A stretch of DNA of 64,000 nucleotides, taken from positions 15,224 through 79,223 of the forward strand of contig JACPIQ010000012.1 of assembly GCA_016188005.1 (NCBI GenBank). Direction: 5' to 3'. This document shows positions 29,429-37,783 of the stretch, in pieces. The notes under the pieces are model-generated. The model worked only from the letters and a program-made list of their open reading frames with translations. It was not told the DNA's origin and searched no databases. This DNA is from Candidatus Rokuibacteriota bacterium (GTDB taxonomy: Bacteria > Methylomirabilota > Methylomirabilia > Rokubacteriales > CSP1-6). Each line of letters opens with the position of its first letter. Positions within the stretch are counted from its first letter, which is position 1. Position numbers and translations under genes: made by a program.

Positions 29429-30295
29429 CTAGAACAGCTGTCGGCCGGAGCGCGTTCCAGCCGCCGGCTCGAGCTTGAATAGGTCCGCCGCGTTCTTGTA
29501 CATGACCTTCTCCAGCACATCTGGCTTGAACGGCAGCTTTCGAAAGCGCTGTACCGTCTCCTTCATCGGCGCGAAAGGAAACGCCGTCGCAAACAAGTAC
29601 CGATCTGGAATACACGTGTTTGCCGCCTCCACGCACAGCTCCGCCCCTGGCATGAAGTGATACACGGACGTCTCGAAATAGACGTAGTCGTGCCGAAACG
29701 TGATCGCAACCATCTCCCGGCTGAATGGCCAGCCCCCATGGGAGCACACGATCTTGAGGCGCGAGAAATCGGTCGCGACCTCGTCGATCGGCATGGGCGA
29801 CCCAAAGCTCAGGTACGGGCCGGCGACCGGTAGAGGTCCGATCGTAATGAACACAGGAACATCGAGCTCAGCACAGAGCTCATAGACCGGGTACAGCCTG
29901 CGATCGTTCGCGTACATTCCAACAGCGAACGGGTCGATCGAGATGCCCTTGAGACCAAGCTCCCGGACAGCGCGGAACGTCTCCTTCACAGCGCCAGAGC
30001 CCTTCAGCGGGTCGATGCCAGCCACTCCGATGATGTGAGCCGGGTATTGGGACATCAGACTGGCCACGTAGTCGTTGGTCACCTTCCATCCCCCGGTCGT
30101 CTCGATGTCTCTCCCGGTGCACACGATCCTGGAGATCCCCGCTTCCCTCATGTCACGGATGAACTCATCGATCGGCGCGCTGGCCGGCATCGACGCCCCC
30201 ATCTTCCTGAAGACCATCTGAATCCCCGGGCTCGCCTCAAACAGCGACATGTACTCCTTGGTGTTCGGCCTCGCACGCACATCAATGATTTCCAT
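29429..30295 (-). CDS. amidohydrolase_2 family protein (paralogue)
   Basis: MEIIDVRARP... CSHGGWPF motif. 10-nt gap to the next gene. Confidence 0.8.
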   Translation of the reverse strand: MEIIDVRARPNTKEYMSLFEASPGIQMVFRKMGASMPASAPIDEFIRDMREAGISRIVCTGRDIETTGGWKVTNDYVASLMSQYPAHIIGVAGIDPLKGSGAVKETFRAVRELGLKGISIDPFAVGMYANDRRLYPVYELCAELDVPVFITIGPLPVAGPYLSFGSPMPIDEVATDFSRLKIVCSHGGWPFSREMVAITFRHDYVYFETSVYHFMPGAELCVEAANTCIPDRYLFATAFPFAPMKETVQRFRKLPFKPDVLEKVMYKNAADLFKLEPAAGTRSGRQLF

Positions 30296-30400
30296 TCACT
30301 GGCTCCTATCGGATCCGCCATTGCCGACCCCGACCGACGACTTCCCGGAACCCCTGGCCCGACAGCCTCACAAAGCCCACGGCCTTTCCGGTCGCAGCTT

Positions 30401-31429
30401 CTAGAAATGCGGCATCACTTCCGTGGCAAAGAGTTCCATTTCCGCCAGGATCCGCTCGTTGCGAAAGAACGCAGGGAAGATTCGCGGCATCACCACATCG
30501 ATCCCCAATGCTTGGTACTTCTTGAGTTCCCTTGTCACCTTCTCCGGGGTGCCGACAACAAAGCTGTCAAGCAATCGTCGGTAGAACGGATGCTCCCTGG
30601 GCAGCTTCCGCAACGGATTCCCCGCTTCGTCAAGAATGAACCCAAACCCGACCAGCTGCTCCTCGTACTGCGGAATCAGATCCTCCCGCATGTAACGCTC
30701 GGCCTCTTCTTGGGTTCGGGCAACGCAGACATCTCTCATGACCGCCATCTTCAAGCTCTCTCTCGCAACCCCGCCTGCCTTTGCACCCTTGAAGTACGCC
30801 TCACGGCATGCCGAAACCATCTCAAGGGTCGTAGCCGGACCGTGCCAATACGCCAGCCCATGACGACCCGCTCGCTCGGCGGAAACAATGGCGGTGCCCC
30901 CGGCAAACCAAATCGGCGGGTGCGGCTGCTGGAGCGGCTTCGGTACGACGTGCACATTCTCGTACTGGTAGTGCTTCCCGTGGTGGCTGAAGCTATCCTC
31001 GCTGAGTGCCTTCTGCACGACCGTGATGCCTTCGACAACTCGCTCCCCTCGCGTCCGCTTCTCAGTCCCTAAGCCATCGAACTCCTCGGGGCGGTACCCG
31101 ATGCCTATGCCCAGCATGAGCCTCCCGTGCGACAAGTTGTCGACCACGGCCGCATCCTCGGCCACACGCAGCGGATCATGTAACGGAAGGAGGAACGCTC
31201 CTGTGCCCAATTTGATCCTCGAGGTTCGCCGAGCGAGACCAGCCAGCACAGGGAGCAGTGACGGGCAATACCCGTCATACCAAAAATGGTGCTCCGTGAC
31301 CCAGAAACTGCCAAAGCCAAGCTCCTCGGCCCGACAGGCGTGATCAATGAGTTCTTCGTACATCTTCACGAATGATCTCGGGCATCCACGGGGCCGCTGC
31401 ATGCCATACAATCCGTACCAGAACTCCAT
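30401..31429 (-). CDS. LLM-class flavin/F420-dependent oxidoreductase
   Basis: MEFWYGLYG...FWVTEHHF...PHPPIWFAGG. Confidence 0.8.
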   Translation of the reverse strand: MEFWYGLYGMQRPRGCPRSFVKMYEELIDHACRAEELGFGSFWVTEHHFWYDGYCPSLLPVLAGLARRTSRIKLGTGAFLLPLHDPLRVAEDAAVVDNLSHGRLMLGIGIGYRPEEFDGLGTEKRTRGERVVEGITVVQKALSEDSFSHHGKHYQYENVHVVPKPLQQPHPPIWFAGGTAIVSAERAGRHGLAYWHGPATTLEMVSACREAYFKGAKAGGVARESLKMAVMRDVCVARTQEEAERYMREDLIPQYEEQLVGFGFILDEAGNPLRKLPREHPFYRRLLDSFVVGTPEKVTRELKKYQALGIDVVMPRIFPAFFRNERILAEMELFATEVMPHF

Positions 31430-31432
31430 TCC

Positions 31433-31774
31433 CTAGCTCCCTAACCTCGTGAGGTGATCAGGATCCGGCGGTCCTTCCTCGGCGCCTTCGGCTCGATCAC
31501 CCTGTCCGTAATCAACCCGGTCAACCAGCGCCACGACTGCAGCATCGATCGGGATCCCCGCGTCGCCCACCACCTTCTGCGCGGTCATGCCCTGCACCAC
31601 CAGGACCATCTCCCCTCTTCCGCAGCCCAGAGCATCCATCGCCACAATGACCTCCCCGCGCTCTGCAGCCCCTCGACCAGAACCTACCAGCTCAACAACA
31701 AGGAACCTCAACCCCGTCAGCTTCTCCTGCTTGTGGGTCGCCCATACGGTCCCGATTACCCTTCCGAGGATCAT
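31433..31774 (-). CDS. BMC vertex protein (BMC-P, EutN/CcmL/PduN family)
   Basis: MILGRVIGTVWATHKQEKLTGLRFLVVE...VAMDALGCGRGEMVLVVQG...PIDAAVVALVD matches the PF03319 consensus. ~25-aa C-terminal tail. 4-nt overlap with the LLM gene start. Confidence 0.8.
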   Translation of the reverse strand: MILGRVIGTVWATHKQEKLTGLRFLVVELVGSGRGAAERGEVIVAMDALGCGRGEMVLVVQGMTAQKVVGDAGIPIDAAVVALVDRVDYGQGDRAEGAEEGPPDPDHLTRLGS

Positions 31775-31858
31775 GCGTGCTCTCTCCGGCGCCCTCTTTC
31801 TCTCGCCTCAGCCAGGAGTCCTGAAAGATTCCTCACTCGGACAGCGACACAAGAGATT

Positions 31859-32143
31859 TCATTCCCCTCCGCCCGTGAGACTCAGGAACTTGCTCAGGTC
31901 CGGTGTCGGATTCGCAATCACCGTCGCCCAGACGTCTCCTGATCGCTTGCCGGCCTCGACCCCGGCCTCAACTGCCACCCGCACAGCACCGACATCTCCG
32001 GCCACAGCGATGGCAAGTCGTCCGCCGCCAACCTTTTCGTACTTGATGACCTTCACGTTGGCGGCCTTCACCATCGCATCCGAGGCCTCGATGAGACCCA
32101 CATACCCCCTCGTTTCAACGATCCCCAGTGACATCTCTGCCAT
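31859..32143 (-). CDS. BMC hexamer shell protein (BMC-H, PF00936)
   Basis: MAEMSLGIVETRGYVGLIEASDAMVKAANVKVIKYEKVGGGRLAIAVAGDVGAVRVAVEAG is a near-textbook PduA/EutM-like BMC domain. Confidence 0.85.
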   Translation of the reverse strand: MAEMSLGIVETRGYVGLIEASDAMVKAANVKVIKYEKVGGGRLAIAVAGDVGAVRVAVEAGVEAGKRSGDVWATVIANPTPDLSKFLSLTGGGE

Positions 32144-32213
32144 CACTAAGCCTCCTGTTGGCACGAATGTGAATGCATGGCTCCCAGCAAGAGCAACACA
32201 GCACTATCATCGA

Positions 32214-33212
32214 CTACGCCGTCTGTTCCGGAATGGTCAACCTCCTTGCGCTCGAGGTGAGCGCAGGCCTGCGACCCTCGGCACGCAGGAGAAACGGTCC
32301 CTCAAGGTCTCTCTGAAGTTTGGTCAGCACATAGGTGCCGATCACCTCGCCAACCCGCTGAGCCCCTGCCGCCGCGGTGTCCACTGCGTGTCTCACCGCA
32401 GCGAGCTCTCCGCGTACGATCCCGGTCACCGCGCCTGACCCTGGGTTCTCATAGCCCACGAATGCCACTTTGGCGCTCTTCATCATGATGTCCAGCGCAC
32501 ACACGGCGGTCACCATGCCCTTGGTCTCGATGAACCCCAACGCATTCGGCACTGATGGCTCCGCAGCGTCAGCGGCTCGGGGCTGCTCACCCAGAAAGAA
32601 GGCCATGAGCTCGCGAGCAGGATTCGCGAGGACGGCGGACGCGACCACCTCTCCCACCTGACTGGCGGCCGCGACTCCCGCATCCACGGCGACTCGTGCG
32701 GCGCCGATATCCCCTACGACACACACAGCCACCATGCCTCCGAGAACCTTGTCATATCGCACCAGCGACACATTGGCCGCCTTGAGACACGCGTCCGTCG
32801 CAACGACCAGCGGCAGGAACCCGCAGGTCTCGATGAGACCCAGCGCATTCTTTCCACTCTGCCTTGATGCCTCCAGCGCCTCCGGCTCCAGAAATGCCCA
32901 CGACGACACTTCCAGAGCGGGCACCAGCGCTGACGCGCCCGCGACATCGGGCCCGCTCCTGCCCCCCGGCCCCGCGGTACTCACGCCTTCCTGTCTCTTC
33001 GGCTGCTGAAGCGTTGCCAGATCACTCGTGGCGCTCACCGACTCCCTGGCCCCTTCGGACGGAGGAGATTGTGAGGTGCGCGACTGCTTCCTCATCCCTT
33101 CTGCCATCGCCTCTCTTCCTCCCCTTTGCACCATCCCCACCGCCCCGCGTGTCCGCCCTCCTCGGTCCCGGCCAACCCTCACGCGTGCTACTCGGATCCC
33201 ACCCGCTGTCAC
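32214..33212 (-). CDS. tandem-BMC-domain shell protein (BMC-T) with ~100-aa low-complexity N-terminal extension
   Basis: Two consecutive BMC domains (ALGLIETCGFLPLVVATDACLKAANVSLVRYDKV...VVGDIGAARVAVDAG and ALGFIETKGMVTAVCALDIMMKSAKVAFVGYE...VRGELAAVRHAVD). True start uncertain. Confidence 0.7.
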   Translation of the reverse strand: MTAGGIRVARVRVGRDRGGRTRGAVGMVQRGGREAMAEGMRKQSRTSQSPPSEGARESVSATSDLATLQQPKRQEGVSTAGPGGRSGPDVAGASALVPALEVSSWAFLEPEALEASRQSGKNALGLIETCGFLPLVVATDACLKAANVSLVRYDKVLGGMVAVCVVGDIGAARVAVDAGVAAASQVGEVVASAVLANPARELMAFFLGEQPRAADAAEPSVPNALGFIETKGMVTAVCALDIMMKSAKVAFVGYENPGSGAVTGIVRGELAAVRHAVDTAAAGAQRVGEVIGTYVLTKLQRDLEGPFLLRAEGRRPALTSSARRLTIPEQTA

Positions 33213-33481
33213 TCCGTATTCAACAGCGCCGCCAGACCAGGGCTCGGGTTCGCGATCACCGCGGCCTTCGCCTCTCCGAGTGCCTCCGCGGCTCGGAGTC
33301 CAGCATCCACCGCAACCCGCACGGCACCGATGTCACCCACCACGCACACCGAGACAATCGCATCCCCCACCTTCTCGTATCTGAGAACCCTGACCCTTGC
33401 CGTCTTCACCATGGTGTCAACGGCTTGCGCCAGCGAAACAAATCCCACCGTCTCGATGATCCCGACAGATCCATGCGCCAT
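33209..33481 (-). CDS. BMC hexamer shell protein (BMC-H, PF00936), second
   Basis: MAHGSVGIIETVGFVSLAQAVDTMVKTARVRVLRYEKVGDAIVSVCVVGDIGAVRVAVDAG. Confidence 0.85.
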   Translation of the reverse strand: MAHGSVGIIETVGFVSLAQAVDTMVKTARVRVLRYEKVGDAIVSVCVVGDIGAVRVAVDAGLRAAEALGEAKAAVIANPSPGLAALLNTE

Positions 33482-33593
33482 GGCCGCACTCCACGAGCGT
33501 GATGCGCTCACTCTGGCGTTCTGTACCGCTGACTCGAGTCCTCTGGGACGCTCCCTCACTCCATCGAAGAGCCCGCTGTGACCGAATTGCCCC

Positions 33594-34247
33594 CTATGAC
33601 CCCCACTGGCCCTGTTGGTCCGAAAACAGTGATCGCTCTGTGAGTTCGCCCTCGGACGGTTTCACACGTGTGATCTCGCTGAAAGCCTGCGCGAAATCCA
33701 TCTGCGGGTTCGTGACCAAGTGTGCTCCTACCATCTCGCCGACCCGACTCGCCTCGTGGGCTCCAACATCTATCGCATGCTGCACTGAAGCGATGTCGCC
33801 CACCACACACGCCGTGACAAGGCCGTCCCCGACAAGTTCATGCCCGACGAAGACCACGGCGACCGACTTCATCATCGCGTCCAACGCGAGGGCCAGGGGC
33901 AGAAGGCCTCTCGTTTCCAAGAAGCCCATCGACGCGGACGGACCAATTCGCGCCAAGCCTTCACCGATCTCGGGCCTCGAATGAAGTCCCAATAGGGCAA
34001 GCACCGCGCGACTCGGCGCAGGCAACACCGCCACCGCAATGTGTTTTTCGGGAGCGACTTGGAAGGCAGCGTCCGCTGCGTATTTCACCGCGGAGAGTGG
34101 CCCCTCAACGCACACCATCACGAAGCCGCCCCCGATCTTGTGGTATCTTCCCACCTTGACCGGCGCGGTCTTCACCATCGTATCTACCACTCGTGCCAGC
34201 CCGACAAACCCTCGCGTCTCCACCAAGCCAAGAGAACCGTTCATCAT
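33594..34247 (-). CDS. tandem-BMC-domain shell protein (BMC-T), second
   Basis: Start ATGATGAAC (MMNGSLGLVETRGFVGL...) preceded by AAGGGAAGGG. Second BMC domain MGFLETRGLLPLALALDAMMKSVAVVFVGHE...VVGDIASVQHAIDVG. Confidence 0.8.
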   Translation of the reverse strand: MMNGSLGLVETRGFVGLARVVDTMVKTAPVKVGRYHKIGGGFVMVCVEGPLSAVKYAADAAFQVAPEKHIAVAVLPAPSRAVLALLGLHSRPEIGEGLARIGPSASMGFLETRGLLPLALALDAMMKSVAVVFVGHELVGDGLVTACVVGDIASVQHAIDVGAHEASRVGEMVGAHLVTNPQMDFAQAFSEITRVKPSEGELTERSLFSDQQGQWGS

Positions 34248-34276
34248 TCTTGACACCCTTCCTTACTGCATGAAAT

Positions 34277-34293
34277 CGCCCAACACGTGCCCG
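34277..34293 (-). promoter_or_regulatory. candidate sigma-54 (-24/-12) promoter of the BMC operon: GGGCACG-N4-GGGCG
   Basis: On the minus strand GGCACG (-24) is perfect and the GC of -12 is correctly spaced, but the -12 box is GGGC rather than TTGC. The predicted TSS is ~20 nt upstream of the BMC-T start and its Shine-Dalgarno sequence. Confidence 0.3.
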
Positions 34294-34387
34294 AATCTCC
34301 CGTCTCGATGTATCCGATCTAGCTCACCAACCGTGCCTCTTGTGAGAGATTTCGGAGTATTGATGCTCTATACTGACGAAGTAGCCC

Positions 34388-34419
34388 TTGACTTAGCATC
34401 CCCCGTGGGACTAAGTCAA
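34388..34419. promoter_or_regulatory. perfect 9-bp inverted repeat TTGACTTAG-N14-CTAAGTCAA (candidate operator/UAS) between BMC operon and Lrp gene
   Basis: Read directly in the sequence. Lies ~100 bp upstream of the sigma54-like element in a 670-bp divergent intergenic region of lower GC. Confidence 0.3.
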
Positions 34420-34929
34420 TAGGGAAATGCAACACATCGTCCGAGGTCTCGGAGCGTGAGATCGCCGGGACCTGTCAAACCCATGTGAGACTGTTGCCGG
34501 GCGGGGGGAATCGACGGTGCCGGGTCTCCGGGGCGGGTTTGACGGTCTCAGCACGGGGGGCGGGGATGATCCCAGGCTTTGGGGCGAGGGGAAGCGAGGG
34601 CGTAGATGTGCTCGCGTTTTCGGTCAATGGTGTACTGGCGCTCCCGGGCCAACTGGATCGCCAGACGAAGCTGACGAGGTCCACGCCAGTCAAGCCCAGG
34701 GGTGGTCACACCCCAGTGATGCCGCTTGAGACAGACGTGGCGAATTGATTCGCGTCGGTGAACCCGCACCGCTTTGGCGGCCGCTCACCTCGAGCGTCGC
34801 GACCAGGCCACACTTGTTCAGCGGCTGGTCCGCCGTCTCCGCGACCTCGCCTTCGCCGGGGCAATTCAGCCCGCAGCTTAGGCCCTCCCTGACCACACCC
34901 GCGCGGCCGGGTATGTCTTCTTAGCTCTC

Positions 34930-35997
34930 ATGTCACGCAGCCCGTCGCGCAACAACGAGCCTCAGCAGCTGGACCTGGAAATCATTGCCAGGCTCCAGGA
35001 CGACGCGAGGATGCCGTTCACGGCAATCGCCGAAGAACTTGGGCTGTCTGAATCCACCGTCCGAAAGCGCGTCGCCAGGCTCCAGAAGCTCGGAATCCTG
35101 CACTTCACTGCGTTCGCAGATCCCTTGCGCCTTGGTTTCCAGTACTGGGCCCAGATCCAGGTCATGCTCGATCTCGCGACCCTGGAAACCACGGCTGCCG
35201 AACTCGCGAAGTACCCTGAGATTTTCTTCGTCGGCATCACAGCTACTGAGTACAACCTTTTCCTCGCCGGTATCTTCCGCTCGAACGCAGACCTCTTGAA
35301 CTTTCTCACGAGCCGTTTATCCAAGATGCCGGGCTTTCGAACGTCCATCACCTCAAACGTCTTGAAGATCTTCAAACGTCGTGGACTATTCTTCGCGGAT
35401 CAGCCCCGCCGCGCGCGTCGGCGGAGCCGGATCCTGGCCGGCCCATCAGGTGCCGATAGCGACGATCCGGTGCGTGTTGGGTCGCAAGACAAGATGATCA
35501 TCGCGTTGCTGCAGGCTGACGGCCGAAAGTCCCTTTCGCGAGTCGCAGCTGAACTCGGTATCGCGGAGGCGACGGCACACCGGCGAGTCGCCCGCCTCCA
35601 ACAGCTTGGCATCCTGCATTTTGAGGCTTTCGCGGACCCGCTACGCCTCGGTTTTCAGTACTGTGCGCTGCTCTCTCTTTCGGTGACGCCGAATCGCGTG
35701 AGTGAGGTCGCCGCAAGACTCGCGACGTTTCCTCAGCTGTTCTTCGTCAGTGTGACCACGGGCCAATGCGACATCTTCGTCGCTGGAGCCTTCCGCTCTA
35801 ACGAGGATTTCCTTCGCTTTCTGACCCGCGACATTGCAAACATTCATTGGATCACAGGCGTGTCCGCCACGAACGTACTGAGACTCGTGAAGCGGCAGCT
35901 TCTTTACCCACTCTTGGCCGAATTCGAAGGCAGACGACCGGATTCCGAGAAGGCAGCGAGGCCACCCCGGGCTTCTTCGGCTAGACCGCGTGGCTGA
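34930..35997 (+). CDS. tandem-duplicated Lrp/AsnC-family transcriptional regulator (two HTH+RAM units in one polypeptide)
   Basis: Two repeats of ...LDLEIIARLQDDARMPFTAIAEELGLSESTVRKRVARLQKLGIL... / ...DKMIIALLQADGRKSLSRVAAELGIAEATAHRRVARLQQLGIL..., each followed by a RAM-like domain. Divergent from the BMC operon. Confidence 0.8.
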   Translation: MSRSPSRNNEPQQLDLEIIARLQDDARMPFTAIAEELGLSESTVRKRVARLQKLGILHFTAFADPLRLGFQYWAQIQVMLDLATLETTAAELAKYPEIFFVGITATEYNLFLAGIFRSNADLLNFLTSRLSKMPGFRTSITSNVLKIFKRRGLFFADQPRRARRRSRILAGPSGADSDDPVRVGSQDKMIIALLQADGRKSLSRVAAELGIAEATAHRRVARLQQLGILHFEAFADPLRLGFQYCALLSLSVTPNRVSEVAARLATFPQLFFVSVTTGQCDIFVAGAFRSNEDFLRFLTRDIANIHWITGVSATNVLRLVKRQLLYPLLAEFEGRRPDSEKAARPPRASSARPRG

Positions 35998-36256
35998 TCG
36001 GCGAAGGCATACTCCCTGGGCTGGCCATCGCGGCGCCAAAGGGAGTCTCGCGTGGTCCCAAGACCGCGCACCGTGAGAGGACCAGAACGCGACCATGTCC
36101 TCCGCAGCCACAGCTTCGGCCGCCGCACAACGCTCTTCGAGCAACCCCAGACCTCTGACGTCACCTCCTTCGGGCCGCGTTTGGCCTGACGCTCTTCCCC
36201 GCCACTTGCTCATCCATTTTACTCTCCTCATGTCTTCCTCAAACATGCGGAACTCC

Positions 36257-36440
36257 TCACCTACGTCCAGGATGCTCGTAGCTCCGCCGTCGACGACGAG
36301 ATTCGTGCCCGGCCGCGACCGTTTCAGCTGCCCTGAGATTCACATCGTTCACAGCCACCGCACAGCCTTCGCGCCCGAAGCGCAGAGCGGTCGCCCGACC
36401 TATTCCCGAGCCGCCCCCGGTGATGAGCGCCGTCAAGCAG
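36257..36440 (-). pseudogene. truncated short-chain dehydrogenase/reductase (SDR) N-terminal fragment
   Basis: ALITGGGSGIGRATALRFGREGCAVAVNDVNLRAAETVAAG (Rossmann TGxxxGIG) then divergence and a stop after ~60 codons. No start codon. Confidence 0.4.
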
Positions 36441-36605
36441 AGGTTCACTGCATCCCTCTTCGGCCTCGAGCGGGCGCGGACATCCGGCCCAACCGGGCAC
36501 GAACACTTGGACGCTCGCGCAGATCGCGGTCTATCGGACCTCGATCGACGGGCCCCCGTGCTCCCGCCCCACTTGCAACCTCTCCGTGACTGCTGGCGAC
36601 CGTCA

Positions 36606-37436
36606 TCAACGACGATCGACAAAATCAAGGATCGCCTTGGCCCAGGGTTCTGGATAGAGACGCGGCATCTCGCCGCCTCCCTCAACTCTGATCTCGACTA
36701 GCCTCGCCGCCGGCTGATCGCGCAGCCATTCATCCGAGGCGCTGCAAATATGGACGTCGTCGCTCGCGCGGATGAACAGAATTGGGACGCTGACGAGAGG
36801 TAGCTTCTTCGAGGCATCGTAGGAGAACTGCATAACGTAGGGCTCGAACCGTCGTGAACCAGTCTTGACTTGCTCGAGGAAAAACTCGCTCAGTAGATCG
36901 AGACGATCGGCCGGCAGCCGAGGCTTCCCCCAGTTCGTCTGCAGCCCCTCCCGCCACAGGTCAAGAAGGTGTGTTCCGTCTATCCGCGGCACCGGATCCG
37001 CCAATTTCGATGCCTTCGCATGAAGCTCCCGCAACATCGTCGTATCGCCGACGTATGCGAGACCTGACAAGATTACGCAGCTCACGATATCTGGGCGCTG
37101 CAGCGCAACTTCCATCGCAACATCCGCACCCGAATGGTGACCGGCAACCGCGGCACCCGAGATGCCAAGCTCCGCCAGTGCTGAGCAGATGGCAGAGCCA
37201 TGTTCCTCAAGGGTATACGGTTTCGGCGGTGCGTCGGAATCGCCGCACCCCATCCAATCAAATGCGATGACTCGATGGGATCGGCCGAGAAGGGGCATGA
37301 CGAGCCTGTAATCGAGGGAAGTGCGCAAGATTTGGTGGATCAGCACGATCGGGCTTCCCTCGCCCATCTCACGATAGAACATTTGGCCGTCCAATGTATC
37401 GACGAACCCGCGACGCATTCGAATGTCCGCCACCAC
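36606..37436 (-). CDS. alpha/beta-fold hydrolase
   Basis: 276 aa. Nucleophile elbow GHHSGA. HGW-like oxyanion region. C-terminal His. Confidence 0.8.
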   Translation of the reverse strand: MVADIRMRRGFVDTLDGQMFYREMGEGSPIVLIHQILRTSLDYRLVMPLLGRSHRVIAFDWMGCGDSDAPPKPYTLEEHGSAICSALAELGISGAAVAGHHSGADVAMEVALQRPDIVSCVILSGLAYVGDTTMLRELHAKASKLADPVPRIDGTHLLDLWREGLQTNWGKPRLPADRLDLLSEFFLEQVKTGSRRFEPYVMQFSYDASKKLPLVSVPILFIRASDDVHICSASDEWLRDQPAARLVEIRVEGGGEMPRLYPEPWAKAILDFVDRR

Positions 37437-37626
37437 ATCCCTCCGCGTGATGAAGCACCTATTGGCGCTTCCCGTCGTCAGCGGTTTTCGGACTCTGCGA
37501 GGCCGCGCGGGACTCGAAGGTCGCCGGCCAGTTCCCCCGAGTGCCCTGCATAGCCGCGGTCCGATTGTAGCGAACGCACCGGGCCAGAGTCCCGCTCTTT
37601 TGAGCCGCCCGCCGCCGGATCGCCTC

Positions 37627-37762
37627 TCACCGGCCGAGGTTGTTGCCCGTGTTGATGGCCGCCACGCCGAGGCCCATCGCGGCGAAGAGGCACCACCACC
37701 CGTCCCGGGTGGGCCAGATGGTGCGCGGCGGTCTGAGGCGTCGCCAGAGACTCACGAAAGCT
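37627..37762 (-). pseudogene. truncated 5' fragment of DUF58 gene (right junction of inserted segment), ~126-bp direct-repeat copy B
   Basis: Encodes VSLWRRLRPPRTIWPTRDGWWCLFAAMGLGVAAINTGNNLGR*, which is 96% DNA identity to the start of the intact DUF58 gene at 18027-18156 and then terminates. Confidence 0.6.
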
Positions 37763-37783
37763 GGGGCGTCCGCTCCCGCCCGG

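Larger units (their letters stand above)
18157..37636. mobile_element. putative ~19.5 kb genomic island / integrated element interrupting the MoxR-DUF58-transglutaminase operon
   Basis: Bounded by the 126-bp direct repeats. MoxR and a truncated DUF58 5' fragment sit at the right junction. The intact DUF58 plus transglutaminase sit at the left junction. It contains an rve-type transposase remnant and degraded genes, and the cargo is the BMC/TRAP/LLM cluster. Confidence 0.45.

Noticed and set aside
32150-32175. TTGGCACGAATGTGAATGCA as a sigma54 promoter
   Set aside because: The GC of the putative -12 box is 3 nt too far from the GG of -24, and it is on the strand opposite to the surrounding genes.
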